A stretch of 56,789 bases of DNA from an uncultured virus (IMG/VR IMGVR_UViG_3300030376_005178) (taxonomy: Duplodnaviria > Heunggongvirae > Uroviricota > Caudoviricetes). The notes under the pieces are model-generated. The model was not told the DNA's origin and did not search any database. It saw only the letters and a list, made by a program, of their open reading frames with translations. How positions within the stretch are numbered: position 1 is the first letter of the stretch; each line of letters starts with the position of its first letter. The DNA lies in the IMG/VR virus record IMGVR_UViG_3300030376_005178; one strand, given 5' to 3'. Made by a program: the position numbers and the translations under genes. Positions 56,733 to 56,789 of this stretch are shown one piece after another.

Positions 56733-56789
56733 GTAAAGGAATGTTACGAATAGTTATTTATACTTAGGGTTAACTAAAGTATTGGAGCT

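Overview
This is a 56.8 kb segment of a T4-like marine cyanomyovirus (Kyanoviridae), most similar in gene content to Prochlorococcus phages of the P-SSM2 type. It contains baseplate, tail and fibre genes (gp5, gp26, gp51, gp48, gp53, gp4, gp2-like, gp54/19-like), replication and transcription genes (gp32, gp33, exonuclease, thyX, phoH, glutaredoxin) and auxiliary metabolic genes (cp12, ho1, pebS, purN, psbA). It also has about nine 2OG-Fe(II) oxygenase-like genes and an ADP-heptose/carbamoyltransferase/GT9 locus among fibre genes. Four signals stand out. (1) An AsnRS-like catalytic-core gene with no anticodon-binding domain is followed 9 bp later by an atypical tRNA: GTT (Asn) anticodon, U1:A72/G73, but a Leu-type D-arm and long variable arm. 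(2) A tandem glutamine-riboswitch-like leader has a second aptamer that encloses a complete 53-codon ORF and precedes a DUF4278 (YRG) peptide; none of these are in the ORF track. (3) A 72-bp palindromic A-tract element occurs twice, 13 kb apart. (4) A cluster of signal-peptide and membrane proteins includes one with a TolC-like motif. All calls come from motif recognition and synteny by eye; no database searches were run.
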